Positions 20,608 to 31,107 are shown, numbered from the stretch's first letter. The stretch: 64,000 bases of DNA from Alloprevotella sp. (GCA_963651485.1 CAVJPT010000002.1:138154-202153), one strand, 5' to 3'. Made by a program: numbers and translations. Notes: generated from the letters alone by a model not told the origin.

Positions 20608-22728
20608 ATGGCTAAGAACGATTTACATTTGACCCGCAACATCGGTATCATGGCGCATATCGATGCCGGCAAGACTACGACCTCGGAGCGTATCCTCTTC
20701 TACACGGGCAAGACCCACAAGATAGGCGAGGTGCACGATGGCGGCGCAACTATGGACTGGATGGCCCAGGAGCAGGAGCGCGGTATCACCATCACTTCCG
20801 CCGCCACCACCTGTTTCTGGCACTGGAACAACAACCAGTTCAAGATAAACCTTATTGACACCCCGGGACACGTTGACTTCACCGCTGAGGTGGAGCGTTC
20901 TCTTCGCGTACTCGACGGCGCTGTGGCTACCTACTGCGCAGTAGGCGGCGTAGAGCCCCAGTCGGAGACCGTGTGGCGTCAGGCCGACAAGTACAACGTA
21001 CCCCGTATCGGCTACGTGAACAAGATGGACCGCTCCGGCGCTGACTTCTTCGAGGTTGTGCGTCAGATGAAGGACATCCTCGGTGCTACTCCCTGCGTCC
21101 TCTCCATACCTATCGGTGCGGAGGAGAAGTTCAAGGGCATCGTGGACCTCATCAAGATGAAGGCCATCTACTGGCACGACGAGACGATGGGCGCGGAGTA
21201 TGAGGTGGACGATATCCCCGCAGACCTCCAAGCCGAGGCTCAAGAATGGCACGACAAGCTGCTGGAGACGGCAGCCGAGTGCGACGAGTCGCTGATGGAC
21301 AAATTCTTCGACGATCCCTCTACCATCACGGAGGAAGAGCTTATCGCTGCCATCCGCAAGGGTACGCTCGCTATGGACATCGTTCCGATGACGCAGGGTT
21401 CTTCGTTCAAGAACAAGGGCGTGCAGACCCTGCTCGACTATGTCTGCATGTTCCTGCCCTCTCCCCTTGACACGCCCAACATCGTGGGTACTAACCCCGA
21501 CACCGGCGAAGAGGAAGACCGCAAGCCCAGCGAGGACGAGCACACTTCCGCGCTCGCGTTCAAGATTGCTACCGACCCGTACGTGGGACGCCTTACGTTC
21601 TTCCGCGTATACTCTGGCAAGGTTGAGGCTGGCTCGTATGTGTACAACAGCCGTTCGCGCAAGAAGGAGCGTGTGAGCCGTCTTTTCCAGATGCACTCCA
21701 ACCACCAGAACCCCGTTGAGGTTATCGGCGCTGGCGACATAGGCGCAGGCGTAGGTTTCAAGGATATCCACACGGGCGACACGCTCTGCGACGAGGATGC
21801 ACCCATCGTACTCGAGTCTATGGACTTCCCCGATCCCGTTATCGGTATCGCTGTTGAGCCCAAGACGCAGAAGGACCTTGACAAGCTTTCGCAGGGTCTC
21901 GCCAAGCTGGCTGAGGAAGACCCGACCTTTACGGTGAAGACCGACGAGCAGAGCGGTCAGACCGTCATCAGCGGTATGGGCGAGCTGCACTTGGATATCA
22001 TCATCGACCGCCTCAAGCGCGAGTTCAAGGTAGAGTGCAACCAGGGCAAGCCTCAGGTTAACTACAAGGAGGCCGTGACCAAGACGGTCAACCTCCGCGA
22101 GGTTTACAAGAAGCAGTCCGGTGGTCGCGGTAAGTTTGCCGACATCATCGTGAACGTTGGTCCCGTAGACGAAGACTTCAAGGAAGGCGGTCTGCAGTTT
22201 ATCAACAAGGTGACTGGCGGTAACATCCCCAAGGAGTTCATCCCCTCCGTACAGAAGGGCTTCGAGAACGCCATGAAGAGCGGTGTGCTCGGCGGTTTCC
22301 CCTTGGACAGCCTCAAGGTAGAGTTGCTCGACGGTTCGTTCCACCCCGTGGACTCCGACCAGTTGTCCTTTGAGATAGCAGCGCTCCAGGCTTACAAGAA
22401 CGCTTGCGCTCAGGCCGGTCCCGTCCTTATGGAGCCCATTATGAAGCTCGAGGTGGTAACCCCCGAGGAGAATATGGGTGACGTAATCGGTGACCTCAAC
22501 AAGCGCCGCGGTCAGGTAGAGGGTATGGAGAGCAGCCGCAGCGGTGCACGCATCGTCAAGGCGATGGTGCCTCTGGCTGAGATGTTCGGTTATGTGACGG
22601 CACTCCGTACCATCACTTCCGGCCGTGCAACGAGCTCCATGCAGTACGACCACCACGCTCCCGTATCTTCCAGCATCGCTCGCAGCGTGCTTGAGGAGAT
22701 CAAGGGTCGCGTAGACCTTGTCAAGTAA
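20608..22728 (+). CDS. fusA: Elongation factor G
   Basis: [30 protein letters not shown]; 706 aa. Confidence 0.99.
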   Translation: MAKNDLHLTRNIGIMAHIDAGKTTTSERILFYTGKTHKIGEVHDGGATMDWMAQEQERGITITSAATTCFWHWNNNQFKINLIDTPGHVDFTAEVERSLRVLDGAVATYCAVGGVEPQSETVWRQADKYNVPRIGYVNKMDRSGADFFEVVRQMKDILGATPCVLSIPIGAEEKFKGIVDLIKMKAIYWHDETMGAEYEVDDIPADLQAEAQEWHDKLLETAAECDESLMDKFFDDPSTITEEELIAAIRKGTLAMDIVPMTQGSSFKNKGVQTLLDYVCMFLPSPLDTPNIVGTNPDTGEEEDRKPSEDEHTSALAFKIATDPYVGRLTFFRVYSGKVEAGSYVYNSRSRKKERVSRLFQMHSNHQNPVEVIGAGDIGAGVGFKDIHTGDTLCDEDAPIVLESMDFPDPVIGIAVEPKTQKDLDKLSQGLAKLAEEDPTFTVKTDEQSGQTVISGMGELHLDIIIDRLKREFKVECNQGKPQVNYKEAVTKTVNLREVYKKQSGGRGKFADIIVNVGPVDEDFKEGGLQFINKVTGGNIPKEFIPSVQKGFENAMKSGVLGGFPLDSLKVELLDGSFHPVDSDQLSFEIAALQAYKNACAQAGPVLMEPIMKLEVVTPEENMGDVIGDLNKRRGQVEGMESSRSGARIVKAMVPLAEMFGYVTALRTITSGRATSSMQYDHHAPVSSSIARSVLEEIKGRVDLVK

Positions 22729-22905
22729 AGACATGACCTTTTAAGGAGAATACGGCTGCGGCTTGCCCCGGCTGGGACGGGACGCTGCCGTGTACTCCTC
22801 CGGGTCTATTCCGGGCATAGAACACATCCCTCCGCCAACCCCGCTCATAACGAATGACTCTTATGGCGAAAGGCGACGGGGGAATAACCACAACAACCAA
22901 ACAAA

Positions 22906-23211
22906 ATGAGTCAGAAAATTCGTATCAAGCTGAAAAGCTACGACCACACGCTCGTGGAGAAGTCCGCTGAGAAGATTGTGAAGAACGTGAAGGCTACGGG
23001 TGCTATCGTAAGCGGTCCCATCCCCCTTCCCACGCACAAGCGCATCATCACTGTGAACCGTTCGACCTTCGTCAACAAGAAGAGCCGCGAGCAGTTCCAG
23101 ATTTCTTCCTACAAGCGTCTTATCGACATCTACAGCTCTACGGCCAAGACCGTGGACGCGCTGATGAAGCTCGAGCTTCCGTGCGGTGTAGAGGTTGAAA
23201 TCAAGGTGTAG
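22906..23211 (+). CDS. rpsJ: 30S ribosomal protein S10
   Basis: [23 protein letters not shown]. Confidence 0.99.
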   Translation: MSQKIRIKLKSYDHTLVEKSAEKIVKNVKATGAIVSGPIPLPTHKRIITVNRSTFVNKKSREQFQISSYKRLIDIYSSTAKTVDALMKLELPCGVEVEIKV

Positions 23212-23298
23212 TTTGACGCTATCCCGATTCTTTCCCTTAGAGGAAACCCTTTTATAGGGCATTCTTATTGTAGGGGAAAGCAGCAAAGGGAAAAGTAT

Positions 23299-23990
23299 AA
23301 GCCCCGCGTATGGACAACGGTCTGTGCGCGGGGCTTTTTGTATGCGCTGCCGTGTTCCTTGGTTGGGGTATGCTACGGTGAAAAGGATGCTGAGCCTTTA
23401 TTTGAATCGTTCGATTCCGTAGAAACCTTTGCGGTTCGTGGCGAAAGGGGAATATAGGTCATTGCAGCAAGAGTCCTGCGTAAGGACAACTCCCCGTACG
23501 CGGGGCTTTTGAATGCGTAGCAGTGCTCTTGCAAAAGGTGTCCTATGGCGAAATGAATGCCGAGCCCGTCTTTGCCTCGTTCGATGTCGTAGAAACCGCT
23601 GTGAGGTGCGGCGAAAAGTGGGAGCAGCCCAATGCAGCGAAAAGCCCCGCGTAAGAGCAGAGACCATGCGCGGGGCTTTTTGTATGCGTTTCCGTGATCT
23701 TGTAATGGGTTACTTATGGCGAAATGAATGTCGAGCCCGTCTTAGCCTCGTTCGATGTCGTAGAAACCGCTGCGAGGTGCGGCGAAAAGTTGGGAGCAGC
23801 CCAATGCAGCAAAAAGCCCCGCGCAAGGACAACTCCCGTGCACGGGGCTTTTGTATGCGTGGCAGTATTTTGTGGATTTAGAAGGGATACCCTATGGCGA
23901 AATGGATGCCGAGTCCGTCTTTGAAGCGTTCGATGTTGTAGAAGCCGCTGCGGGTTGTGGCGTAGGGGGCATGCAGTCCGATGCCGCAGT
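23299..23990. repeat. Tandem array of ~172-bp units: bidirectional terminator-like hairpin plus a copy of the tamL 3' end (three degenerate copies plus the gene itself)
   Basis: Hairpins start at 23299, 23471, 23642 and 23814. The shared anchor CGTTCGAT occurs at 23408, 23578, 23749 and 23927, the last inside tamL. Confidence 0.92.
23811..23853. terminator. Intrinsic bidirectional terminator directly downstream of tamL
   Basis: AAAAAGCCCCG...CGGGGCTTTT stem with A/T tracts on both sides, lying between convergent rpsJ and tamL. Confidence 0.7.
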
Positions 23991-26436
23991 CAAGGCGCAG
24001 AACGAGGAAATCGAGGTCGTAGCGTATGCCCAGGCCCGTGCCAAGGGCGATGTTCTTAAGCGTGGAGGTCGTAAGCTGCCCGCCCGGTCGTTTGGGGTCG
24101 TCGCGCATCAGCCACACGTTGCCCGCATCGAGGAACACCGCGCCGTATAGGCTGCCGAAGAGGTGCGCCCGCAGCTCCGCGTTGGCTTCAAGTTTGATGT
24201 CGCCGGTTTGGTCCATATACGAGTACTTGGACTTTCCCGCGTGGTATGCGCCCGGCCCGAGCGAGCGCACGGTGAAGGCGCGTATGCTGTTGGCCCCGCC
24301 GGCGTAGAACTGGTCGGCGTAGGGGGCGGACTGGCTGTTGCCGTAACTGTATATTATGCCGCCGAAAAAGCGCGTGGCGAGTTTGAGATCGCCCGATAGC
24401 TTGAACGTCTTGTGTACCTCTGCCGTAACCTTTACGAATTGGGCAAAAGGATTACCGAACAGGTTTTTGTCTCGTTTCCCGAACTTCTGCCCTGCGGCAG
24501 CGTAGAGCGCGGAGGTCACGTTGCCCGCCTCCTTCGCGAAGAGCTGCACCCAAAGCGGGTTGCGTGCGGCGGAGCTTGTCTGGTAAGTGAACGTGTAGCT
24601 CAGCGAGGGGACAAACTGGTCGCGCATGGAGAGGTAGAGCGCGGGGTTAGCGTTCATTATGGAGTCAAATCCCGCCGTCGTGTGCAGCAGCTTGTCGAAA
24701 TCGAGGCTGAAAAGCGTGAGCGAGTGCTCGGCGTTGGTGCGTCTGTGCCAGTCGTACGTGACGCTAAGCCCAGTGCTTACCATGTTGTAGAATTTTGAGC
24801 GGTTGCGCCAGTCCGCGTCCAGGGCAAAAACCGTAGAGCCCGGGAAACGCAGTCTGCGCTTGCTCACGCCGGGGAAGACAAAGCGCGGGAAACAGAGAGA
24901 GAGTTTCGTTCCCAATTCGTAAGAGTTGAGCAGCGAGTTGTGGCCTTTCGCCCCCGCTCCGGTCTGCCATTCGTATGAGCCGAAAATCTTGAACGCCACT
25001 TTTTCCCCGCCTCTGAAAGCGTTGCGCTTGGCGAGTTCGTACGATACGCCCGGGCCTATCTGCTGGTTGCTCTTCATTGTGGCGTTCATCTCAAAGGTAG
25101 AGTCGTAAAGCTTGTCCATCAACGCGGACACCATTACGTCGAGCGTGTCGCAAGTGGCGGACGTGTCGCGCGGCACGTAGCTTACGTCCATCTGTCCCAG
25201 CACCCCCATCGCGCTCAGCTTTTCCAGAGTGGTCTGCTGGTCTTTCAAGCGGTACTCCTCCCCGCGCCGGTGTACGATGGCGTGTCGCCACATCCCCGGC
25301 TTGAGGGGCATTTTCTCGCCAGAGTAGTTGAAGGTGTACGAGCGGCGTTTGAGGCTCTTGTCCAGTACTTCGTCTTCGCTGCGGCGCATATTCACGTAAG
25401 TGCGTCCAATGTACCACGGATGCTCGGCTTTGGCGGGCAGCTGCGCGGCGGGTACAACTTGCAGCTGCACATAGCCGGGGCGTGCCACCGTGTCCGCGCG
25501 GAAAGTGGTGTAGGAAGAGTTGTAGTAATAAAAACCGTTGCCGCGCATCAGCTCCTCAATGCGCGACTGTTCGGCGGAAAGGTTCACCACGCTGAAAGCG
25601 TCGCCCGCGTGCAGCTTGCTGCCGCTTTCGTTTGCCCGAAGCAACTTGTCCATATAGGCGGGGAAACCCTTGTACGCCACGCTGTCAAGCCGGTAAAGCT
25701 TGCCCGCCCGCACGTCGTAGCGCACCTTGGCCTTTTTCGGATTGGTTTGCGGCTGTACCTCGTAGCCCACTTTCCCTTGAAAGTATCCGTAGTTGTGCAG
25801 CGTGTTGGTGGCGACTTTCGTGCGCATTTCCGGGCTAACCGTGCTGACGAGCACCGGCTCTGTGCCAAAGGTGCGGTACACCCATTTCCCCAGTTTGCCT
25901 TTGCTGTCCGCGAGTCCGTTGTGTATCCACAGGCCAATCTGCAGCGGGCTTCGGTACTTGGACGAGCCGAATAGCGCGTTGTTGGGCGGGTAGGCGAGTA
26001 CCGCCTCCACCTCTTCGCGAGCCGTGGAAAAGTCCGCTTCTTCGCGTTTCTGCGCCTCCTTCTCCTCTTTCCGCTCGGCGGAAGTCTGCGCCTTGCCTTT
26101 CGCCAGCGCGTCGCCTATTTTCCCCGTACCCTTTCCGCTCAGCACGTCGCTTACCGCCTCGACGGCAGTCCCCACGGCGGTGATGACTCCCACAGAGTCG
26201 CTTTTCAGCGTTTTCTTGCGCTGGGCGGGCGTGTCGGTGTAGGTGATGTCGGATATGCCCGTGTAAAGCTGCTCGCCCTCTGGCAGTGCGGAGGTGGTGG
26301 AGCAGCCGGCGCACAAAACGCCGCACAATATCGCCAGTGCCGCAGCTGTGGCGGCGCAGGACGGTTTCTTGTGTGAGGATATATGGCTCATTGCGGAGAT
26401 TTTCTGATTATAGGGACGGCGTATGTACGGTGTCAT
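23878..26436 (-). CDS. tamL: Omp85-family outer-membrane assembly lipoprotein (TamL/TamA-like)
   Basis: Lipobox LCAGC, POTRA-like region, YAGGANSIRAF loop-6 motif, C-terminal beta-signal IHFAIGYPF; follows tamB. Alternative start at 26391. Confidence 0.88.
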   Translation of the reverse strand: MTPYIRRPYNQKISAMSHISSHKKPSCAATAAALAILCGVLCAGCSTTSALPEGEQLYTGISDITYTDTPAQRKKTLKSDSVGVITAVGTAVEAVSDVLSGKGTGKIGDALAKGKAQTSAERKEEKEAQKREEADFSTAREEVEAVLAYPPNNALFGSSKYRSPLQIGLWIHNGLADSKGKLGKWVYRTFGTEPVLVSTVSPEMRTKVATNTLHNYGYFQGKVGYEVQPQTNPKKAKVRYDVRAGKLYRLDSVAYKGFPAYMDKLLRANESGSKLHAGDAFSVVNLSAEQSRIEELMRGNGFYYYNSSYTTFRADTVARPGYVQLQVVPAAQLPAKAEHPWYIGRTYVNMRRSEDEVLDKSLKRRSYTFNYSGEKMPLKPGMWRHAIVHRRGEEYRLKDQQTTLEKLSAMGVLGQMDVSYVPRDTSATCDTLDVMVSALMDKLYDSTFEMNATMKSNQQIGPGVSYELAKRNAFRGGEKVAFKIFGSYEWQTGAGAKGHNSLLNSYELGTKLSLCFPRFVFPGVSKRRLRFPGSTVFALDADWRNRSKFYNMVSTGLSVTYDWHRRTNAEHSLTLFSLDFDKLLHTTAGFDSIMNANPALYLSMRDQFVPSLSYTFTYQTSSAARNPLWVQLFAKEAGNVTSALYAAAGQKFGKRDKNLFGNPFAQFVKVTAEVHKTFKLSGDLKLATRFFGGIIYSYGNSQSAPYADQFYAGGANSIRAFTVRSLGPGAYHAGKSKYSYMDQTGDIKLEANAELRAHLFGSLYGAVFLDAGNVWLMRDDPKRPGGQLTTSTLKNIALGTGLGIRYDLDFLVLRLDCGIGLHAPYATTRSGFYNIERFKDGLGIHFAIGYPF

Positions 26437-29400
26437 TTCCCGCTTTTCCTTTTGAAGAGGAACAACTCGCCCAGACGGTCGGTCTTTCGCCGCAGCACCA
26501 GACCCGCGCCGCCTTTCGTGAGCTGTCCTTCCAGCGGATCCTGCGTGTCGCGGTCGTAAAACACCTTGACGTAGCGCGATGCGCCTTGGTCGAGGCGGTA
26601 CTCTACGGACACGTTGTTGATGAAGCTGCCGGCGGTGTTCTGCGCGTCGGCTCCGGTGCTCACCTTTCCGCCGAGTATCACGCTGATGCGGTTGCCCCAG
26701 AAACGCTTGGCAAACTGGAAAGAGTAGTCCGTCGTGCTTGTACCCGTTTCCGACGTGCCGCTCTCCACGCCAAGGCTTATGTCTATGGTCTTCAGTGCCG
26801 AGCCTGCGATGTTCTGTATCTCGCTTTGCAGGAAAGCGTTCAGCGCGTTGCTTGCCTTGAAGCCCGTGCCCGACATCGTGCTTTCGTCCGTCATGTACAT
26901 GCCCGTGGCCATCATTGCCACCGCCGCCTTTCCGCGCTGCTCTTTGGACATTGCCGCAAGCTGGTTCTGCACGTTCAGGTCCTCGGGCGCTTCGATGGTA
27001 AACTCAAGCCCCATCTTGTCAAGCGGCTGCGTCAGCTGTACGCCCACGTCGAAGCTGACCGAACGCTGCTGGTCGTTTTCGGTGACTACGGCCTTGGTGC
27101 GCTCTTTCGCCGTGATGTTCAGCGTAGGGTTCATCATGTCTCCCGTAAACTCGACGTAGCTTCCCTGCACAAGCTGGAACGTTTTCAGGGGGATGACCGG
27201 CAGGGCGTATTTCATTTCGCCGCTGTTCACCGTAAAGCGTCCCGTAAGGCGCGTGTCTCCCTGCTGCGTCATGCGCATCGTGAGGTCCCCGCCGCCTTCA
27301 ATGTTGACGTAGCTTTGCCCGTCTTCGCTGAGGTTGCAGTGGAACTGCGCGGCGTCGCTCACCGAGATGCCGAGCGTCATGTCAAAACCGCTTTCTGCCG
27401 CCGTCTTCATTTCTTCCGTGGCGGTGGTGTCGGAGAAATCGACAAACTGCACAAGGTCGTGCAGGCGGTCGTCTACGGAAAGCGGCGAGTCTTTGAGAAT
27501 GTAGGTCACGTCCGTGCGGTCGAGCACTTCCAACTTCCCGCGCATGTATAAATTGTCCGCCGTGCCTTTCATCGTGCCGTTGAAGTTGGCGTACACTTTT
27601 CCGAAGACCATCGACTTGGCTTTCTTCTTCGTGTTGATAAGCTCGAAGTTCTGCGCCCGCATTGCGAAGTCCAGCCCGATGCGGCTGAAGTCCGACATGT
27701 CCAGCTGCCCGTCCAGGACGAGCGGCTGCTTGCCCGTGGAGTAGAGGTTGTATTCCTTGAAAAGCAGTCGGCTGTCCTTTATCTCTACCGCCCGCTCGTC
27801 CGTGCGGAAGTCGAAGCCGTACACGTCCGAGTAGATGTGCGCTTCGTCAAGGTCGAGACTGCCGTTCAGCACGGGGCGTGCAAGCGTGCCCTTCACGCTC
27901 AGGTCGCCTTTCGCTATGCCGTTGAGCGCGATGTCCGAGCCGGCAAGCATGCCGTTCAGCATTTGCAGGGGAAAATCGTGCAGCTGGGCGTTGCCCTCAA
28001 ATGTCCCGTCCCCGTCTCCCGGCGTGTCGTGGTATGTGCCGTTGCAGGCAAGCACCTCTTCCCCGTTAGAGCTTATGAAGGCCGAGGCATGGTGTTCGCC
28101 GCCGCCTTTCGGGAGATATATCGCCTCTATGCCCACGTCCCCGAGGTCCGTGCCCTCATACTTGAAGCCTTCTGCGTCAAGCGATGCCATTGCCGATATT
28201 TGCTCGGTGCGCGGATTTGCCGTGACGTGTATGTCGCCGTCAAGCTTTCCGCCCAAGTGCGGCAGGTAGGGCATCACGGTGGAAAGCTCGGCGAGGTTCA
28301 CTTGCCTTACGCTAAGGGTGAGGTCGTTGAGGCTGTCGTTGGGCGTGTCGTATATCTGCAGTCCGGTGCCGTCGTCCGCCAGCAGGTCGATGTTGGCCTT
28401 TATGCTTTTGTCCTTTCCAAGGAAAATGTAGTTGTCGGCGTTTACGCGGAAGTTGCGGTAAGCCAGCACGGGGTGTTCGGGGTAAAGGTGCAGGCTTATC
28501 CCGTCTTCCGCCACGTTGGCTTGCAGTCCGAGGTTCACGCCGGTGTCACCCTCTTCGTCAAGGTAGGTCAGCTCGATGCCCGCGCCCGTGGCGAGAATGT
28601 ACGATTTGAGCCTTACGTCCAGCGGAGTCGGGTTTGTCTTTTTGTAGTTCTTCACCACGCCGTAAAGCTGTACGCCCGTCGTGTCCTGCACGATGTGCGT
28701 GTCGATGGTGTCAAGCTGCAGATTGCCGAGGTCTATCCCGCCTACGCGTGCCGCGCCGGTCATGCCGAGGTGCGGGTCCGTGTTCAGGTTGAGGTAAGCC
28801 GACGTGAAAGAGTATCCTTTGAAGCGTGCGATGTTGTAGAGCGGGTTGTCCTGTCCCGCTTCAAGGTATAGCGCGGCGGGCGGGAGCAGTTGTTTCAGCC
28901 GTTCCTGGTCGATGGAGCGCCGCTCGGCTTGCGCCGTGAGTTCGGCGGCGATGCGTCCGCAAGCCTCCGTGATGCGCGTGAGGCCGCCCCCCGCGCCGAG
29001 GCGCAGTACGAGGTCGCCGGCCGAAACCCTTGCCGTGGTGGTGTCGCGCGAGGTCTCGAAAGCGAAGTCAAGGTCTTTCGCCATCATGCTGCGGCGCGGC
29101 GTGGTGAAGTGGTTGGCACGCAGGCTGCCGTTTACGCCGTAAGCCGTGAAGCTGCGGTCGGTGTGTCCTTGCAGGTCTATGCTTGTGCCGAATACCACCG
29201 AGTCTTGCGTCGCGCCAATCTCGCGGAGGTCAATGCCCGGGATGTCGGCTTGCAGTCCTATGTCTATCCGCCGCTTGCCTATCGTGGCCAGGAGCGTGCC
29301 GTCCGCGCGTAGCTGCTCGTTGGGAGAATGGAAGACGCACTTTGCCTGCCCGTCGCGCAGACGCGCGTCCAGCGTAAGCCCAGACAGGTCGTACTTTGCG

Positions 29401-31025
29401 TAGGCAAAGCGCGACACGTTTGCCTCCGCCGTCAGCCGGCAGCGGCTTGAGAGCGGGTCGAAGCCGCAGCCCTCCGCCTTCACGCGTCCGCTGAACGGCG
29501 TCACGTCCAGCCCGCGCACGAATGAAGCCACGGGGAAGGCGTTTGCCGCCAATGCGGCGCGGTAGGTCTCCTTGCGCGTGTCGGCTTGTGCTTTTGCCGC
29601 AAGCGTTCCGCCGCGTGCCGTAAGGCGCATGTCGGCGGTGTAGGCGGTGTGGTCAAAACTTATATTGCCTTTTGCCGCCGTCCCGTCCGGAATGTCGAAC
29701 GAACGGCGCACGGAGGCCGGCATCAGGCGGCGCAGCGGCGCAAGCCGCACGGTGGTGAGCGTAAACGAAGCCGTGCCGCGCCGCCAGTCTTCCAGGGGCG
29801 ATGTGGTCTCGGCTTCTGCCGTGACCTTGGCAATGCCGGGGAGCGAAAGGCTCAGTTGCTCGATGACGGCGCGGCGTGTATTGCCGTGCGCCTTGGCAGC
29901 CAGTGTCACGGGCGTTGCGGGCAGGGCTTTCAAATAGTCTGCGGGCAGGAAACCGCGCCCTAAGATGCGCACGTCTTCCGTTCCTATCTCCGCGCTGACA
30001 TTTGCTTGGCACACGCCGCGCCCCTTCGGGGAAAATGCGTCGAACGGAACGGACGCGTCAGCCGTAATTTGGGTGTGCGGGGTATAGAGCCGCAGTGCGG
30101 TGACTTTCAGAAGCGAGTCGCGGAGCGCGATGCCGCCGCCGAGGTCGGTGACGTGCAGTCCGCATTTCTCTTTAAGTGCGGCTTTCCTTATCCCCGCCGT
30201 CACGCACATGCCTTTCTCTCCCTTGTACGAAAGAGTGTCTGCGATGAGTGAAAGGGAGGTGAGGGAAATGTGGTTGGCGTCTATGCCCGCCGCCGGCTTT
30301 TCGTAGGGCAAGTCGTAGTCCACTCCGCAGTCGCGCAGGGCGATGCTTTTAAGCGAATAGGCGTTTTTGCCCGTGTCAAACACTCCGCCGCGCAGCTGCG
30401 CTTTTCCTATCCGTGCCGCTATGCGCATAGAGTCGCCGGGCATGGAAAGTCTCACGGCAGCGTTGTCAAGGTCCGCCGCTTTCAGGGTGATTACCCACCG
30501 TGCCGTGCTTTCCGTCGTGTCTTTCTTTGCCGTGTCGCTCAGCGCGATGTCAAAGTCTGCCCCGCTCAGCCGCACGTTGTCCAGGCTTACGCGCTCTTCC
30601 GCCCATTCTATGCCGTGCGCGGCGGCGCTGAGACAGTCTGCCCGGCCCTTTATGTGCGTGTCGCTGACGTAGCTCTTGGTGTCTATTTTCACTCCGCGCA
30701 GCTCGAAGCCGTCCACGTCCGCGCGCCCCTCGAAGAGCGGCAGAAGCCGCACGCTTAGTCTGAGGCTCTTCGCCTCAAGCAGCGTGTCGCCTTTCTCTCT
30801 CGCCCTTGCGCCGTGTATGGAGAGGTCGAGGGGAAAGGCAAGTCTCACGCGCTCCACGCTGAAGTCCGTCCCCGTGGATGCGGAGAGCGCGGACGCAACC
30901 CGCTGCACGGCGAAATTTTGTACGGGGGGAATGTAGAGAAGTATGGCGAGCAGCAGAAAAAGCGCGACGGGCGTGCATATCACGCCCGCGAGCCATTTCG
31001 CGGCCTTTGCGGTTTTCTTTTTCAT
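26433..31025 (-). CDS. tamB: Translocation and assembly module TamB (DUF490)
   Basis: 1530 aa; N-terminal anchor (LLYIPPVQN), beta-rich body, DUF490-like C-terminus; coupled to the Omp85 gene. Confidence 0.87.
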   Translation of the reverse strand: MKKKTAKAAKWLAGVICTPVALFLLLAILLYIPPVQNFAVQRVASALSASTGTDFSVERVRLAFPLDLSIHGARAREKGDTLLEAKSLRLSVRLLPLFEGRADVDGFELRGVKIDTKSYVSDTHIKGRADCLSAAAHGIEWAEERVSLDNVRLSGADFDIALSDTAKKDTTESTARWVITLKAADLDNAAVRLSMPGDSMRIAARIGKAQLRGGVFDTGKNAYSLKSIALRDCGVDYDLPYEKPAAGIDANHISLTSLSLIADTLSYKGEKGMCVTAGIRKAALKEKCGLHVTDLGGGIALRDSLLKVTALRLYTPHTQITADASVPFDAFSPKGRGVCQANVSAEIGTEDVRILGRGFLPADYLKALPATPVTLAAKAHGNTRRAVIEQLSLSLPGIAKVTAEAETTSPLEDWRRGTASFTLTTVRLAPLRRLMPASVRRSFDIPDGTAAKGNISFDHTAYTADMRLTARGGTLAAKAQADTRKETYRAALAANAFPVASFVRGLDVTPFSGRVKAEGCGFDPLSSRCRLTAEANVSRFAYAKYDLSGLTLDARLRDGQAKCVFHSPNEQLRADGTLLATIGKRRIDIGLQADIPGIDLREIGATQDSVVFGTSIDLQGHTDRSFTAYGVNGSLRANHFTTPRRSMMAKDLDFAFETSRDTTTARVSAGDLVLRLGAGGGLTRITEACGRIAAELTAQAERRSIDQERLKQLLPPAALYLEAGQDNPLYNIARFKGYSFTSAYLNLNTDPHLGMTGAARVGGIDLGNLQLDTIDTHIVQDTTGVQLYGVVKNYKKTNPTPLDVRLKSYILATGAGIELTYLDEEGDTGVNLGLQANVAEDGISLHLYPEHPVLAYRNFRVNADNYIFLGKDKSIKANIDLLADDGTGLQIYDTPNDSLNDLTLSVRQVNLAELSTVMPYLPHLGGKLDGDIHVTANPRTEQISAMASLDAEGFKYEGTDLGDVGIEAIYLPKGGGEHHASAFISSNGEEVLACNGTYHDTPGDGDGTFEGNAQLHDFPLQMLNGMLAGSDIALNGIAKGDLSVKGTLARPVLNGSLDLDEAHIYSDVYGFDFRTDERAVEIKDSRLLFKEYNLYSTGKQPLVLDGQLDMSDFSRIGLDFAMRAQNFELINTKKKAKSMVFGKVYANFNGTMKGTADNLYMRGKLEVLDRTDVTYILKDSPLSVDDRLHDLVQFVDFSDTTATEEMKTAAESGFDMTLGISVSDAAQFHCNLSEDGQSYVNIEGGGDLTMRMTQQGDTRLTGRFTVNSGEMKYALPVIPLKTFQLVQGSYVEFTGDMMNPTLNITAKERTKAVVTENDQQRSVSFDVGVQLTQPLDKMGLEFTIEAPEDLNVQNQLAAMSKEQRGKAAVAMMATGMYMTDESTMSGTGFKASNALNAFLQSEIQNIAGSALKTIDISLGVESGTSETGTSTTDYSFQFAKRFWGNRISVILGGKVSTGADAQNTAGSFINNVSVEYRLDQGASRYVKVFYDRDTQDPLEGQLTKGGAGLVLRRKTDRLGELFLFKRKSGK

Positions 31026-31099
31026 GTCGTTGTTGGGCGAATACAGGGCTGGGCGGGTGCGGAATAGCTCGCTTCAAGGGCCAAGCCGCCTGTATGATG

Positions 31100-31107
31100 C
31101 AAAGATA
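31100..31107 (-). promoter_or_regulatory. -7 element (TATCTTTG) for tamB-tamL
   Basis: Matches TAnnTTTG about 75 nt upstream of the tamB start. Confidence 0.6.

Noticed and set aside
22729..22905. Missing tuf after fusA
   Set aside because: Normal for Bacteroidetes, where tuf lies elsewhere.
23513..23881. Plus-strand ORF with internal repeats over the array
   Set aside because: A by-product of the tandem repeats, antisense to the tamL-derived sequence, with no coding features.
23299..23990. Diversity-generating retroelement (TR/VR pair) or CRISPR array
   Set aside because: Differences from tamL are not confined to adenines and there is no reverse transcriptase in the window. The segments between hairpins are homologous to each other and ~130 nt long, unlike unique CRISPR spacers, and no cas genes are present.
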